Counted from the stretch's first letter, positions 37,480-46,633 are shown. The stretch is 64,000 nucleotides of DNA from an uncultured bacterium (GCA_945915465.1 CAMEFF010000002.1:25648-89647); one strand, 5' to 3'. Made by a program: numbers and translations. Notes: generated by a model from the sequence alone, not told the origin.

Positions 37480-37685
37480 AATTGCTCCGCTTTTCCCACC
37501 CTACGATTTTTAATCTTTTCAGAAGGACGAAGGCTATACTAAGCCCATAAAATAGTCATTCCGGCCTACGAGCCGGAATCTGATTTTGTGAGGGAAAAGA
37601 ACGAATTTTAAACAGATTCTGAATAACAAGAAAATTTATTTGTTCTTTTCAATCGCAAAAATTTTCTAAGTTTTCAGAATGACGA
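37480..37685. repeat. mosaic repeat array: partial A2 module (37501-37530), H hairpin (37555-37582), A1 module (37614-37685)
   Basis: 37614-37685 matches 779-850 at 67/72. The H stem is ATTCCGGC/GCCGGAAT. 37501-37530 matches the 3' half of the A2 module. Confidence 0.85.
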
Positions 37686-37863
37686 AAGCTTTGAAATATT
37701 ATGTGCCCCCTTGAGGTGCTAGTTCGAACCAATGAGCGAAGCGAATTGTGTGAGACTGTATGCCGTATTGCTGGAATCGAAATCTTTGATTTCGAAGGGG
37801 GTAAAATAATCAATATAAAACAAAAAATTAAGTCCAAAAACTCTAGTAGAACCTTGCCATGAA

Positions 37864-37890
37864 GAGACCCTGAAACGAGTTCAGGGTGAT
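37864..37890. repeat. H-type hairpin variant ACCCTGAA-ACGAG-TTCAGGGT
   Basis: 8-bp perfect stem. It differs from the 33648-33668 stem by one compensated base pair. Confidence 0.6.
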
Positions 37891-38054
37891 CCTTTTGGGA
37901 CGTCTTGCCTTTCTGAATGACGTATGCAGGGTCGAAGTCCTTAGTGATTTTAATTGTTTGAATAGCAATCAAAACCTACATTGGGCTGAGTTGTTTTGGG
38001 CTTTTTACATTCAAAATGTAGGGAAGAAAAAGCAAAGCGGTTTCCTCCTCTTTC

Positions 38055-38096
38055 AAAAACAAAACCGTTCGGAAATTTGAAATCTTCCGAACGGTT
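38055..38096 (-). terminator. intrinsic terminator of the rel-nfeD-flotillin operon
   Basis: Perfect 12-bp stem AACCGTTCGGAA/TTCCGAACGGTT (38063-38074 / 38085-38096). TTGTTTTTG follows on the minus strand. Confidence 0.8.
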
Positions 38097-38128
38097 CTAT
38101 TATATTATTAAACTACACAAAATATCTT

Positions 38129-39664
38129 TTATTCTTTAGCCTCTTGAGCCTGTTTAGGTTCTTCAGCACCTTCAACTTTGCCCAAAATTTGAGGAAGTTC
38201 GATGCCTGCTTGTCCTGCCAAGTCGTGCATTGCTGGTAATGATTTGATAAGATCTTTCATAAAGTTAGCGGTGGTTGAACCGTTAGCGGTACCGGTTCCG
38301 CCGTCCCAAACCGTAATCTTATCAAATTTGATGTTTTTGATTGCATCAACCTGTTTTTCAACGATTTTTTCGATTTTTTCAATCATAAGGAAGCTTGTAG
38401 CGATTTCAGGTCTGTTATTAGAAATTTTAACAAGGTCTTGATAACCTTTTGCTTTTGCTTCCAAAACAGCTTTAACACCTTCTGCTTCCGCAAAGTATTT
38501 TGCTTTGATTGCATCTGCTTCACCGAGAGCGATACGTCTTGCTTTTTCTGCTTCCGCATCTGCTTGAACTTGAACTTTAAGTTTTTCAACTTCTTGTCTT
38601 GCAAGTTCTTCTTTTTTCAATTTTGCTTCTTCCTGTTCTTTTTGAGCAAGTAAAACATCTCTTTGTGCGTTTGCTTTCGCTACTTCTCCTTCTCTGAAAG
38701 CATCGGCCTGTTTTACTGCCAAAGTTGCGTTGTATTCGGCAATATTTGCTTTTGAAATATTTTCACCTTCAACTGCTTGAGCTTCAAGGTTAGCCGTTTG
38801 AATACGTTGTTCTTTCATTGCACTTGTTTTACCGATTTCGGTTTGAGCAAGTTGTTCTGCTACTTCAACTTCTTTTACTTTATTTGCTTCCGCTTCACCA
38901 ATTACGGCTGTTGAATTGATGTTTGCAGTTTGAACTCTTTGCTCTTTTTCCGCATTTGTTTTACCAATCGCAGTTTGAGCAAGTTGTTCTGCCACTTGAA
39001 CTTCTTTTTCTTTGTTGGCAGACGCTTCACCGACTGCGCCGAGTTTTTCTTGTTGTGCAACTTCAACTTTTGCCTTGTTGATTGCTTCTGCTGCGGCTTT
39101 TTTACCGATTGCATCGATATAGCCTGATTCATCTGTAATATCTTTGATGTTTACGTTGATAATTTCAAGACCGATTTTATTAAGCTCTGTGTTTACGTTA
39201 GCGTTGATTTGTTCGAGAAATTTTTCTCTGTCTTGGTTAATTTCTTCGATTGTCAATGTTGCAATAGCAAGACGTAATTGACCTAATATAATATCGCTTG
39301 CCTGAGTAATTACATCGGGTTTTGTCAATCCTAGCAAACGTTCTGCTGCGTTAATCATAATTTTAGGGTCTGTAGAAATACCGAAAGTAAAGGTTGACGG
39401 TACTGCTACACGGATATTACCCTTTGACAAAGCTCCTCGTAAGTCAATATCTGTTGTCATAGGTTCAAGTGAAAGTACTCCGTAATCCTGAATTAGCGGG
39501 ATAATAAAAGTTCCGCCGCCGTGTACACATTTTGCGGTTTTTTCTCCGCCTGTTTTACCGTAAACTACGATAATTTTGTTTGACGGGCATCTTTTGTATT
39601 GATTTGCTATAAATATAAAGCAAGAAATCAATACGAGTGATGCTGTAACTATTAATCCAAACAT
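38129..39664 (-). CDS. flotillin-like SPFH/Band-7 protein (YqiK/FloT type)
   Basis: N-terminal TM, SPFH domain, then long A/E/K/Q-rich coiled region with an internal ~42-aa duplication (VAEQLAQT.IGKT.A.KEQR.QTAN). Confidence 0.88.
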   Translation of the reverse strand: MFGLIVTASLVLISCFIFIANQYKRCPSNKIIVVYGKTGGEKTAKCVHGGGTFIIPLIQDYGVLSLEPMTTDIDLRGALSKGNIRVAVPSTFTFGISTDPKIMINAAERLLGLTKPDVITQASDIILGQLRLAIATLTIEEINQDREKFLEQINANVNTELNKIGLEIINVNIKDITDESGYIDAIGKKAAAEAINKAKVEVAQQEKLGAVGEASANKEKEVQVAEQLAQTAIGKTNAEKEQRVQTANINSTAVIGEAEANKVKEVEVAEQLAQTEIGKTSAMKEQRIQTANLEAQAVEGENISKANIAEYNATLAVKQADAFREGEVAKANAQRDVLLAQKEQEEAKLKKEELARQEVEKLKVQVQADAEAEKARRIALGEADAIKAKYFAEAEGVKAVLEAKAKGYQDLVKISNNRPEIATSFLMIEKIEKIVEKQVDAIKNIKFDKITVWDGGTGTANGSTTANFMKDLIKSLPAMHDLAGQAGIELPQILGKVEGAEEPKQAQEAKE

Positions 39665-39704
39665 TTTTCCTCCTTTTCTTTTTGTTTGATTATTGATTTT
39701 TCTT

Positions 39705-40265
39705 TTATTCTGCTTTTTCTATAAATAAAGTTTCGTTTTTAACTTTTACAACCTTTATCGGGGTGAATGCTTTTATTTCTTCGTCAGTTGAATTTATCGC
39801 ATTTACAATCGATAATTGTTCATTGATGTCTATTTCTATTTGCCCTTCTGATTTTGGTGCAAATTGAGTGTATGCTTTGCCGATTTGGTTCAAAGCTTTT
39901 GAATAATCTTTTTTAACATTTTTTTCTAATTTTTTTACGCTGAACATCAAAAATGCTGTTCCTGCCATAAACGCAAGTCCGACTAAAATTGCGACCAAGA
40001 CGTTAACAATGTGAGAAAATCCGAACTGTTTTAGTCCTGCATAACCCATCCAACCAAACGCCATAAAAAATGCCAAAACTGATTGAATAGATACAAAATT
40101 GAACGAGCAATCAGTGTCGATTTCAGAATTAAAATCTGCAATAACTTCACTATCTCCGCCAGTAATTGTGAAAAGGCCCAATTTTATTGCGAAAACGAGT
40201 GTTGAAAAAATTGCTAAGTAATAGTACGCCGCAATTACGGTATCGTTAGTTAGTGAAATTGACAT
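39705..40265 (-). CDS. NfeD/YqiJ-like membrane protein (flotillin partner)
   Basis: Four TM segments plus a C-terminal OB-like segment (GKAYTQFAPKSEGQIEIDINEQLSIVNAI...IKVVKVKNETLFI). Position directly upstream of flotillin is the classical pairing. Confidence 0.75.
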   Translation of the reverse strand: MSISLTNDTVIAAYYYLAIFSTLVFAIKLGLFTITGGDSEVIADFNSEIDTDCSFNFVSIQSVLAFFMAFGWMGYAGLKQFGFSHIVNVLVAILVGLAFMAGTAFLMFSVKKLEKNVKKDYSKALNQIGKAYTQFAPKSEGQIEIDINEQLSIVNAINSTDEEIKAFTPIKVVKVKNETLFIEKAE

Positions 40266-40277
40266 AATTTTATTCTC

Positions 40278-42497
40278 CTATAATTCGTCTTTTTTCTTTG
40301 TAGTCTTTTTGTGTTTATAAGATTTTGAACTCTTTGTCGGTGAACTTTTCTTGACCATGCTTGAAGAGGTTTGTATTCTTTTTACGCTATAAACATCAGG
40401 CAACGATTGAATACATGCAATAACTTTTTTTAAGGTATCAATATTATCAAGTTCCAGTCCGATTTCGATAATTCCGACATGGTTTTTCGTTTTGATATTT
40501 GCACTAACAATGTTTGTATTGTTATCTGATACTGCTGAAATTACGTCCTTCAACAGTCCTAATTTTTCGGCGGTTTCAATTCTTATTGTCGTGTTATATG
40601 TTTTGTTTGTATTAACTCCCGCCCATTGAATTTGCATTAAGCGTTCGGTTGGGATAGTTTCTAAAGTTTTACAATCCGCTCTGTGAACGGAAACCCCTTT
40701 AGAACGGGTTACAACACCTACAATCGGTTCGCCCGGAATTGGGGAACAACATCTTGCAAACGAATACATCAAACCTTCTAGCCCAATGATATCTTTTTCG
40801 GAGTTCTTTCTTCTTGAGTTTTTGAAATTTTCCTCAATAGTTTTTTCTTTCGGCTTTTTGAGTTTGTTTGTAACCTTGTTAACCGTTGTTTCTCCGTACC
40901 CGAGAGCCGCAAACAAATCTTCTGCGGATTGGTAATTCATTGTTTTAGCAATTTTTTCAAATTCGCCTTGTTTTACATATTCATCAAAAACCGCTTTGGT
41001 CAATTCGTGTTCAAGGTTAGTTTTGCCGAGTTTGACGTGTTCTTCACGATTATTTTTCTTGAACCATTGACGAATTTTTTGGGACGCTTGCTTGGTAACT
41101 ACAAAAGTCAACCAATCAAGTCGTGGTGACGGCGTTTTAGAAGTTAAAATTTCAACAATATCACCGTTATTAAGTTTTGTATTTAACGGAACGATTCTGC
41201 CGTTTACGAGTGCTCCGACTGTTTTATGACCGACATCTGAGTGGATTCTGTATGAAAAGTCAACGGGGGTAGCATTTTTAGGCAAGTCTAAAACATCACC
41301 GTTCGGTGTGAATGCAAAAACCTGATCTGAGAATAAGTCTAATTTAACGCTTTTTACATAGTCTTCGGCGTTTTTCATTTCTTTTTCGTATTCAACAAGT
41401 TTGTGCATCCACGAAAATTTCATGTCTGCCGCATTGTCCGCTTTTTGAGAACCTTTTTCTTTGTATCTCCAGTGAGCTGCGATACCATATTCTGCGACTT
41501 GGTGCATTTCCCAAGTTCTGATTTGAACCTCTAACGGTTTTGAGCGAGGACCTATGACGGAAGTGTGCAAAGATTGATACATGTTGCCTTTTGGCATTGC
41601 GATGTAATCCTTAAACCTCCCCGGAATAGGTTTAAATTGTGAGTGAATTAAACCCAAAACCTCGTAACATTCTCTAACCGTGTTGACTATTACACGAACT
41701 GCTGTTATGTCGTACAGGTCGTCAAATGTGATATTTTGACGTTTCATTTTTGCATAAATACTGTAATAATGTTTTGCACGTCCGGTAATTTGTGCTTCAA
41801 TTCCGCTTTTCTTGACGTCTTGAGAAATCTTATCTATCAAAAGATTTACGGTTTCTTCTCTTGCCGCTTTTGTTTGAGCAACAAGTTGTACAATTTCGTA
41901 ATATTTTTCGGGTTCAAGATATTTTAGGGATAAATCTTCAAGTTCTGCTTTAATTTTATAGATACCTAATCGGTTTGCAAGCGGTGCAAAAATGTCGATT
42001 GTTTCTTGAGCAATTTTTTTCTGTTTTGCTGGCTCCATAAAATTAAGAGTTCGCATATTGTGCAATCTGTCAGCAAGTTTCAAAAATATTACTCGAATAT
42101 CGTTTGCCATTGCGATAAATAGGCGACGGAAGTTTTCGGCTTGACGTTCTTCTTTCGATTTGAATTGAAGTTTGCCGAGTTTTGTAACCCCTTGAACAAT
42201 ATTTAATACGTCTGTTCCGAAAAGATTTTCAATGGTTTCGGGTTTGGTGTCGGTATCTTCCAAAATATCGTGCAAATACGCTGCAACAAGTGTATGCGTA
42301 TCTACTTTTAGATTTGCAAGTATTCTGGCAACCTCACATGGGTGAATAATATACGGTTCACCAGATACCCTAAATTGACCATCGTGGAGCTTTTTTGCAA
42401 ATTTATAAGCCTTTTCAACTTGTGCAATCTCTTCCGGAGAGTGCTTTTGTGCAAGCATTAGCTCTTTTACTTCTTTAAATTTTTCAACATCTGACAT
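40278..42497 (-). CDS. rel: bifunctional (p)ppGpp synthetase/hydrolase (RelA/SpoT homologue)
   Basis: HD hydrolase motif (YIIHPCEVA...LHDILEDT), synthetase domain (RAKHYYSIYAKM...), TGS and ACT-like C-terminal regions. K-rich tail. Confidence 0.93.
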   Translation of the reverse strand: MSDVEKFKEVKELMLAQKHSPEEIAQVEKAYKFAKKLHDGQFRVSGEPYIIHPCEVARILANLKVDTHTLVAAYLHDILEDTDTKPETIENLFGTDVLNIVQGVTKLGKLQFKSKEERQAENFRRLFIAMANDIRVIFLKLADRLHNMRTLNFMEPAKQKKIAQETIDIFAPLANRLGIYKIKAELEDLSLKYLEPEKYYEIVQLVAQTKAAREETVNLLIDKISQDVKKSGIEAQITGRAKHYYSIYAKMKRQNITFDDLYDITAVRVIVNTVRECYEVLGLIHSQFKPIPGRFKDYIAMPKGNMYQSLHTSVIGPRSKPLEVQIRTWEMHQVAEYGIAAHWRYKEKGSQKADNAADMKFSWMHKLVEYEKEMKNAEDYVKSVKLDLFSDQVFAFTPNGDVLDLPKNATPVDFSYRIHSDVGHKTVGALVNGRIVPLNTKLNNGDIVEILTSKTPSPRLDWLTFVVTKQASQKIRQWFKKNNREEHVKLGKTNLEHELTKAVFDEYVKQGEFEKIAKTMNYQSAEDLFAALGYGETTVNKVTNKLKKPKEKTIEENFKNSRRKNSEKDIIGLEGLMYSFARCCSPIPGEPIVGVVTRSKGVSVHRADCKTLETIPTERLMQIQWAGVNTNKTYNTTIRIETAEKLGLLKDVISAVSDNNTNIVSANIKTKNHVGIIEIGLELDNIDTLKKVIACIQSLPDVYSVKRIQTSSSMVKKSSPTKSSKSYKHKKTTKKKDEL

Positions 42498-42595
42498 AAT
42501 AGACTTATGATATAAATTATATTCAGGATTTTCAACAAAACCCGAGAAATTTCATCTAAAAGGATTAGAAAAACTGTTTATGATAAACTTGTTTT

Positions 42596-42883
42596 ATGAT
42601 TAAGCAAACAAAAGACGGGTTAATGTTACGCATAAAAATTTCTCCAAATTCAAAATCCAATGAGATTATTTTGGAAGAAGATTTCGCAAAGATAAAAATT
42701 ACCGCTCAACCTATAGAAGGCAAAGCAAACAAAGCGTTGATTGAATTTTTGTCAAAGAAATTCAAAATTCCGAAAACTTCCATAAAAATTCTAAAAGGCG
42801 AAACCTCAAAAGAGAAAACTATTTTGTTTGAAATAACAGATGATGAAAAATTAAAATTTGTAACGGAAACTTTTACCAAATAG
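42596..42883 (+). CDS. yggU: DUF167/YggU family protein
   Basis: ISPNSKSNEI...IKITAQPIEGKANKALIEFLSKKFKIPKTSIKILKGETSKEKTI matches the YggU pattern. Confidence 0.8.
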   Translation: MIKQTKDGLMLRIKISPNSKSNEIILEEDFAKIKITAQPIEGKANKALIEFLSKKFKIPKTSIKILKGETSKEKTILFEITDDEKLKFVTETFTK

Positions 42884-42937
42884 CAAAATAAAATATGTTT
42901 GAATTTAGAATAAACATAAACATAGGAGAATTATTAA

Positions 42938-43348
42938 ATGAATGTACAAAGATTAAATCCGTTCGGTTACACTGCAACAACAGAAAATGGCAATCAATAC
43001 AAAGCAACAAACAGAGCAACGGCAGGGCTTTTAGCTGTTACGGCTGCAGAATTGGCACTTCCAGTTGTTGCAAAATGCACTATTAAAGACCCGGCAGTAA
43101 GAGGTATTTTGAAAGAATTTTCATCTGTTAAAATTATTCAAAATTCGTTAGAGCAAATGCTCGGTAAAAAGTTCTCAACTAAAGCTGCTATGGCGGTTGG
43201 TGCGGCAGCGGTAGCTATTGATGTTGTCGGCGGTCTTTTGTTTGGTCAATGGTTAGATAATAGAACCAATAAAAAACGTGCGGCAAAGGCTGATGCTTTA
43301 GCACAAGAGCAAGCAAATAATCCTGCAAATATTGATGAAGAAGCCTAG
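42938..43348 (+). CDS. hypothetical protein (136 aa, A/G-rich hydrophobic segments)
   Basis: AGGAG RBS 9 nt upstream of the ATG. Two hydrophobic stretches (AGLLAVTAAELALPVVA; AMAVGAAAVAIDVVGGLLFG). No family recognised. Confidence 0.55.
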   Translation: MNVQRLNPFGYTATTENGNQYKATNRATAGLLAVTAAELALPVVAKCTIKDPAVRGILKEFSSVKIIQNSLEQMLGKKFSTKAAMAVGAAAVAIDVVGGLLFGQWLDNRTNKKRAAKADALAQEQANNPANIDEEA

Positions 43349-43378
43349 TTGACTTTTTCTTCGGTTTATTTTTATAAT
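43349..43378 (+). promoter_or_regulatory. sigma-70-type promoter of the leader/attenuator unit
   Basis: TTGACT 43349-43354, 18-nt spacer, TATAAT 43373-43378. Confidence 0.6.
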
Positions 43379-43401
43379 TACTTATCAAAAAAAGGAAAAT
43401 T

Positions 43402-43464
43402 ATGAAAAACTTTTTACAAAAATATCATCAACATCATGTTCATATCAACCTGAAGGGGTTGTAG
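43402..43464 (+). CDS. candidate leader peptide MKNFLQKYHQHHVHINLKGL
   Basis: AAAGGA 6 nt upstream of the ATG. 20 codons, with 4 His in codons 9-14. The 3' end is complementary to the 5' arm of the downstream terminator. Confidence 0.45.
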   Translation: MKNFLQKYHQHHVHINLKGL

Positions 43465-43506
43465 AATTGGTGATACGCTTGCAAATTTTATAAATTCAAT
43501 TCTTAA

Positions 43507-43548
43507 AACAACTTCTTCAGGATAGACAAAGCGAGAAGTTGTTTTTTT
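43507..43548 (+). terminator. intrinsic terminator (attenuator) upstream of 43578
   Basis: AACAACTTCT (43507-43516) pairs with AGAAGTTGTT (43534-43543) and is followed by T5. An alternative 14-bp pairing joins 43449-43462 to 43508-43521. Confidence 0.7.
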
Positions 43549-43577
43549 AATAAAGAATTGAGGTTGAAACAAAAAAT

Positions 43578-44885
43578 ATGACAATAACAGGTATAATTTC
43601 CGCAATCGGAAACAATAGCAGTATTTACCCCCTAATCGTTCGTGACTGTTGTATAGAAGCACCGTCAAAAATTCTTATTGCAAGAAAAGAAAACAAAAAA
43701 GAATCCGACGCTATGGCAAATGATGCAACTCGTGAAAAATTTATTGATGAGTATGCAACTTCGGCAATTTGGCTCGGCGGTATTCCTGCGGTTGAATTTT
43801 TAGCAGACAAATATATTTCAAAAAGAGGATTTAGCCCGCTTGTTAATTTGAAATTGTTTAAGGCTGACAAAAATCCTGCTGATAAACTTGTTCAAGGGAT
43901 TGAATACAATATAAATAAATTCAAAAATATCAAATCAAAAGATGTTCAAGAAGCCGTAGCGGATTTGGTTAAAATAAAAAATAATAAATCGGGATATGAA
44001 AAATTATTATCTCAAAAATTCCTTGCCGCAACGATTATTCCAACCGTTATTATGGGGTTTGTCCTACCGCCGCTTAATTTTGCACTAACTAAAAAACTAA
44101 GAAAAAATAAGGCTCAAAATCAACAAAATTCTCAAAAGAATACAAAAAATATTGATTTTACTTCTGCACAAATTGATTCATTTAGAAAGTCTATGCCTAA
44201 TAAAGAGGTTGCCTTTACGGGAAATAATTTTGTATCGACTATTGCAAATTTAAGAACCGTTGACAAAATGGCGATTTCAGACGGCGGATTAACTGTTGGC
44301 AGGGTTTCAACTTCAAGAAACAAAGACGAAGCCTATGTAAACGCTTTCAGAATGATTGGTTCAATGATTTTGAATTTTGTAACTCCTGTTTATATAGCAA
44401 AAGCTTTGGATAAATTTGCAAACAAAACTTTTGGAATAAATGTTAATCTTGACCCGCTGATTTTGGATAATGAAGGTTTTATTAATGCAATAAAAGAAAA
44501 CAAAGTAGAATTGCCAAAATCAACGAGTGCAAAGGATTTGATTGATTTTATTGACAATAAACCTGATACTTTATTTTCTAAATTTGCTCAACAAATGAAA
44601 AAAGTTACTTATTTGAAATCAGGATATCGTGACCCGAGAAAATTTGTAGATATTGAGGATTTGGCAAAGTTCAGAAATGAATTTGAAAACTTTATAAAAG
44701 CAGCTCAAAAATCTAAAAATATTGAAAGTTTTACAAGAAAAGCAAAATTTGTAAAAGGATTTAATATTTTGACAAATGTCGGAATTTCAAGCTTTTTACT
44801 TGCCGGAGTTTTGCCAAAATTACAATACGGATTTAACAAACTTGTGACGGGTTCATACACCGACCCGGGTTTAAAAAATCAATAA
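43578..44885 (+). CDS. hypothetical membrane-associated protein (435 aa)
   Basis: The N-terminal ~170 aa loosely resembles the 2613-3215 / 3217-3750 family (basic-acidic segment, then IWLGGIPAVEFL, later a TM LAATIIPTVIMGFVLPPLNF). The rest is K/N-rich. C-terminal TM. Confidence 0.6.
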   Translation: MTITGIISAIGNNSSIYPLIVRDCCIEAPSKILIARKENKKESDAMANDATREKFIDEYATSAIWLGGIPAVEFLADKYISKRGFSPLVNLKLFKADKNPADKLVQGIEYNINKFKNIKSKDVQEAVADLVKIKNNKSGYEKLLSQKFLAATIIPTVIMGFVLPPLNFALTKKLRKNKAQNQQNSQKNTKNIDFTSAQIDSFRKSMPNKEVAFTGNNFVSTIANLRTVDKMAISDGGLTVGRVSTSRNKDEAYVNAFRMIGSMILNFVTPVYIAKALDKFANKTFGINVNLDPLILDNEGFINAIKENKVELPKSTSAKDLIDFIDNKPDTLFSKFAQQMKKVTYLKSGYRDPRKFVDIEDLAKFRNEFENFIKAAQKSKNIESFTRKAKFVKGFNILTNVGISSFLLAGVLPKLQYGFNKLVTGSYTDPGLKNQ

Positions 44886-45097
44886 AATTTTTCTGTAAAA
44901 ATACAACAACAAGATGACCTTTTCCTACTATACAAAATGCGATTTACATGGTATTATTTACTTAGATGTAGTAGGAAATATTTTTGAATATATATGCAAT
45001 GAATTTTATTTGAAAAATTGAATAAAACAAACTCGATAGGTTATATGTATCGGGAATTGCGTGTATAAAAAAATAGAAAAGGATAAGGTAATACTTT

Positions 45098-46633
45098 ATG
45101 TCAACCATGCACTTGGCAGTATTATTGGCATTAATGGCTCTTACGGTAATGGTATTAGCCGCTATGCTGATTGTTCAAAAAAGCAAAGTTAAAAATGCTT
45201 TTGAATCCGTAAGTAAAGACAGAAAAGCCCTTGAAGAAAAAGAAAAACTTTTGTACAAGGAAGCAAAAATTAAAGCAGTTGAGGAGCTTCAAGACGACAG
45301 AGAAAAACTTAACGAAGAAGAGCGTGAAAGACGCCAAGAGCTTGCTCGTCAGGAACAAAAATTAGCAAAACGTGAAGATATGCTTGAAGATAAAATTCAG
45401 GAATATACCGAAAAAGAAATTCAAGCACAAAATAAAATGGACGAATTGCTTAATAAAGAAGACTATTTGGCAGAATTGGTTCAAAAACAAACCGAAGAGT
45501 TGGAAAGAATTTCAGGCATGTCTATTGAAGATGCAAAGAAAACTCTATTGGAAAAATTACGCAACGATTTGGCACAGGAACAAATGATGCTTGTGCGTGA
45601 GAACGAAGCAAAAATCAAAGAAATTTCTCTTGAAAAATCAAAAGAAATTTTATCAACGGCAATGCAACGTTGCATGATTGAGCAGGTCGTAGAAACAACG
45701 GTTTCTGTAGTTGCTCTCCCGAGCGATGAAATGAAAGGTCGTATTATCGGACGTGAAGGTCGTAATATCAGAGCCTTAGAAACCTTGACAGGTGTTGATT
45801 TGATTATTGATGATACTCCTGAAGCAGTTGTATTATCAAGTTTTGACCCTGTAAGACGTGAAATTGCAAAACTTGCGTTAGAAAAACTTATCGTTGATGG
45901 TCGTATTCACCCTGTAAGAATTGAAGAAATGGTTGAAAAAGCCAGAGAAGAAATTGATAAAAAGATTTGGCAAGAAGGTGAAAATGCCGCATTAGAAATG
46001 GGTGTAATGGGGCTTAATAAAGAACTTATTAAAACTTTAGGACGCTTGTATTACAGAACCAGTTACGGGCAAAATGTTTTGAAACATTCACTTGAAGTAG
46101 GTCACATTGCAGGCATGCTGGCAGCTGAACTCGGAGCAAACGAAAAGATTACAAAGCGTGCGGGTTTATTGCACGACATCGGTAAAGCGGTTGACCAAAC
46201 TCAAGAAGGTACACACATTCAACTCGGTGTTGAACTTGCTTCAAGATACGGTGAAAAGCCTGAAGTTATCCACGCAATCGAGGCTCACCATGATGATGTA
46301 GTAGCAAATACCATTGAGGCGGTTTTGGTAAAAGTTGCAGATGCTATTTCTGCAGGTCGTCCGGGAGCAAGACGTGATACTTTGGAAATTTATATCAAAC
46401 GTTTGCAAAAAATTGAAGAAATCGTAAACAGTTATGAAGGTATTAAACAATCGTTTGCGGTACAGGCAGGACGTGAAGTCAGAATTATCGTACAAGCGGA
46501 AATGTTTGACGATTTGGCTTCTGGCAAGTTGGCAAGAGATGTTGCAAAACGAATCGAAAATGAACTTGATTATCCGGGACAAATCAAAGTTACGGTTGTA
46601 AGAGAGTTCAGAACAACGGAAATTGCAAGATAG
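45098..46633 (+). CDS. rny: ribonuclease Y
   Basis: N-terminal TM, E/K-rich coiled coil, KH domain ([28 protein letters not shown]), HD domain ([13 protein letters not shown]...LLHDIGKA). Confidence 0.95.
   Translation: MSTMHLAVLLALMALTVMVLAAMLIVQKSKVKNAFESVSKDRKALEEKEKLLYKEAKIKAVEELQDDREKLNEEERERRQELARQEQKLAKREDMLEDKIQEYTEKEIQAQNKMDELLNKEDYLAELVQKQTEELERISGMSIEDAKKTLLEKLRNDLAQEQMMLVRENEAKIKEISLEKSKEILSTAMQRCMIEQVVETTVSVVALPSDEMKGRIIGREGRNIRALETLTGVDLIIDDTPEAVVLSSFDPVRREIAKLALEKLIVDGRIHPVRIEEMVEKAREEIDKKIWQEGENAALEMGVMGLNKELIKTLGRLYYRTSYGQNVLKHSLEVGHIAGMLAAELGANEKITKRAGLLHDIGKAVDQTQEGTHIQLGVELASRYGEKPEVIHAIEAHHDDVVANTIEAVLVKVADAISAGRPGARRDTLEIYIKRLQKIEEIVNSYEGIKQSFAVQAGREVRIIVQAEMFDDLASGKLARDVAKRIENELDYPGQIKVTVVREFRTTEIAR

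Noticed and set aside
29576-37890. Whether the intergenic repeats are a CRISPR array or integron attC sites
   Set aside because: The copies are kilobases apart, separated by ordinary genes, have variable module composition and lie next to no cas genes, so they are not CRISPR. They lack the R''/L''-L'/R' attC organisation (GTTRRRY ends), and the adjacent recombinase-like gene is short, degenerate and not IntI-like, so this is not an integron.
37649-37972. 107-aa minus-strand ORF in the waaA-flotillin gap
   Set aside because: It runs straight through mosaic repeat modules and hairpins, has no recognisable domain and no convincing RBS. It is more likely non-coding.
38800-39060. ~126-nt imperfect tandem duplication inside the flotillin gene
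   Set aside because: It encodes the repetitive A/E-rich coiled region typical of flotillins and stays in frame. It is not a mobile or hypervariable element.
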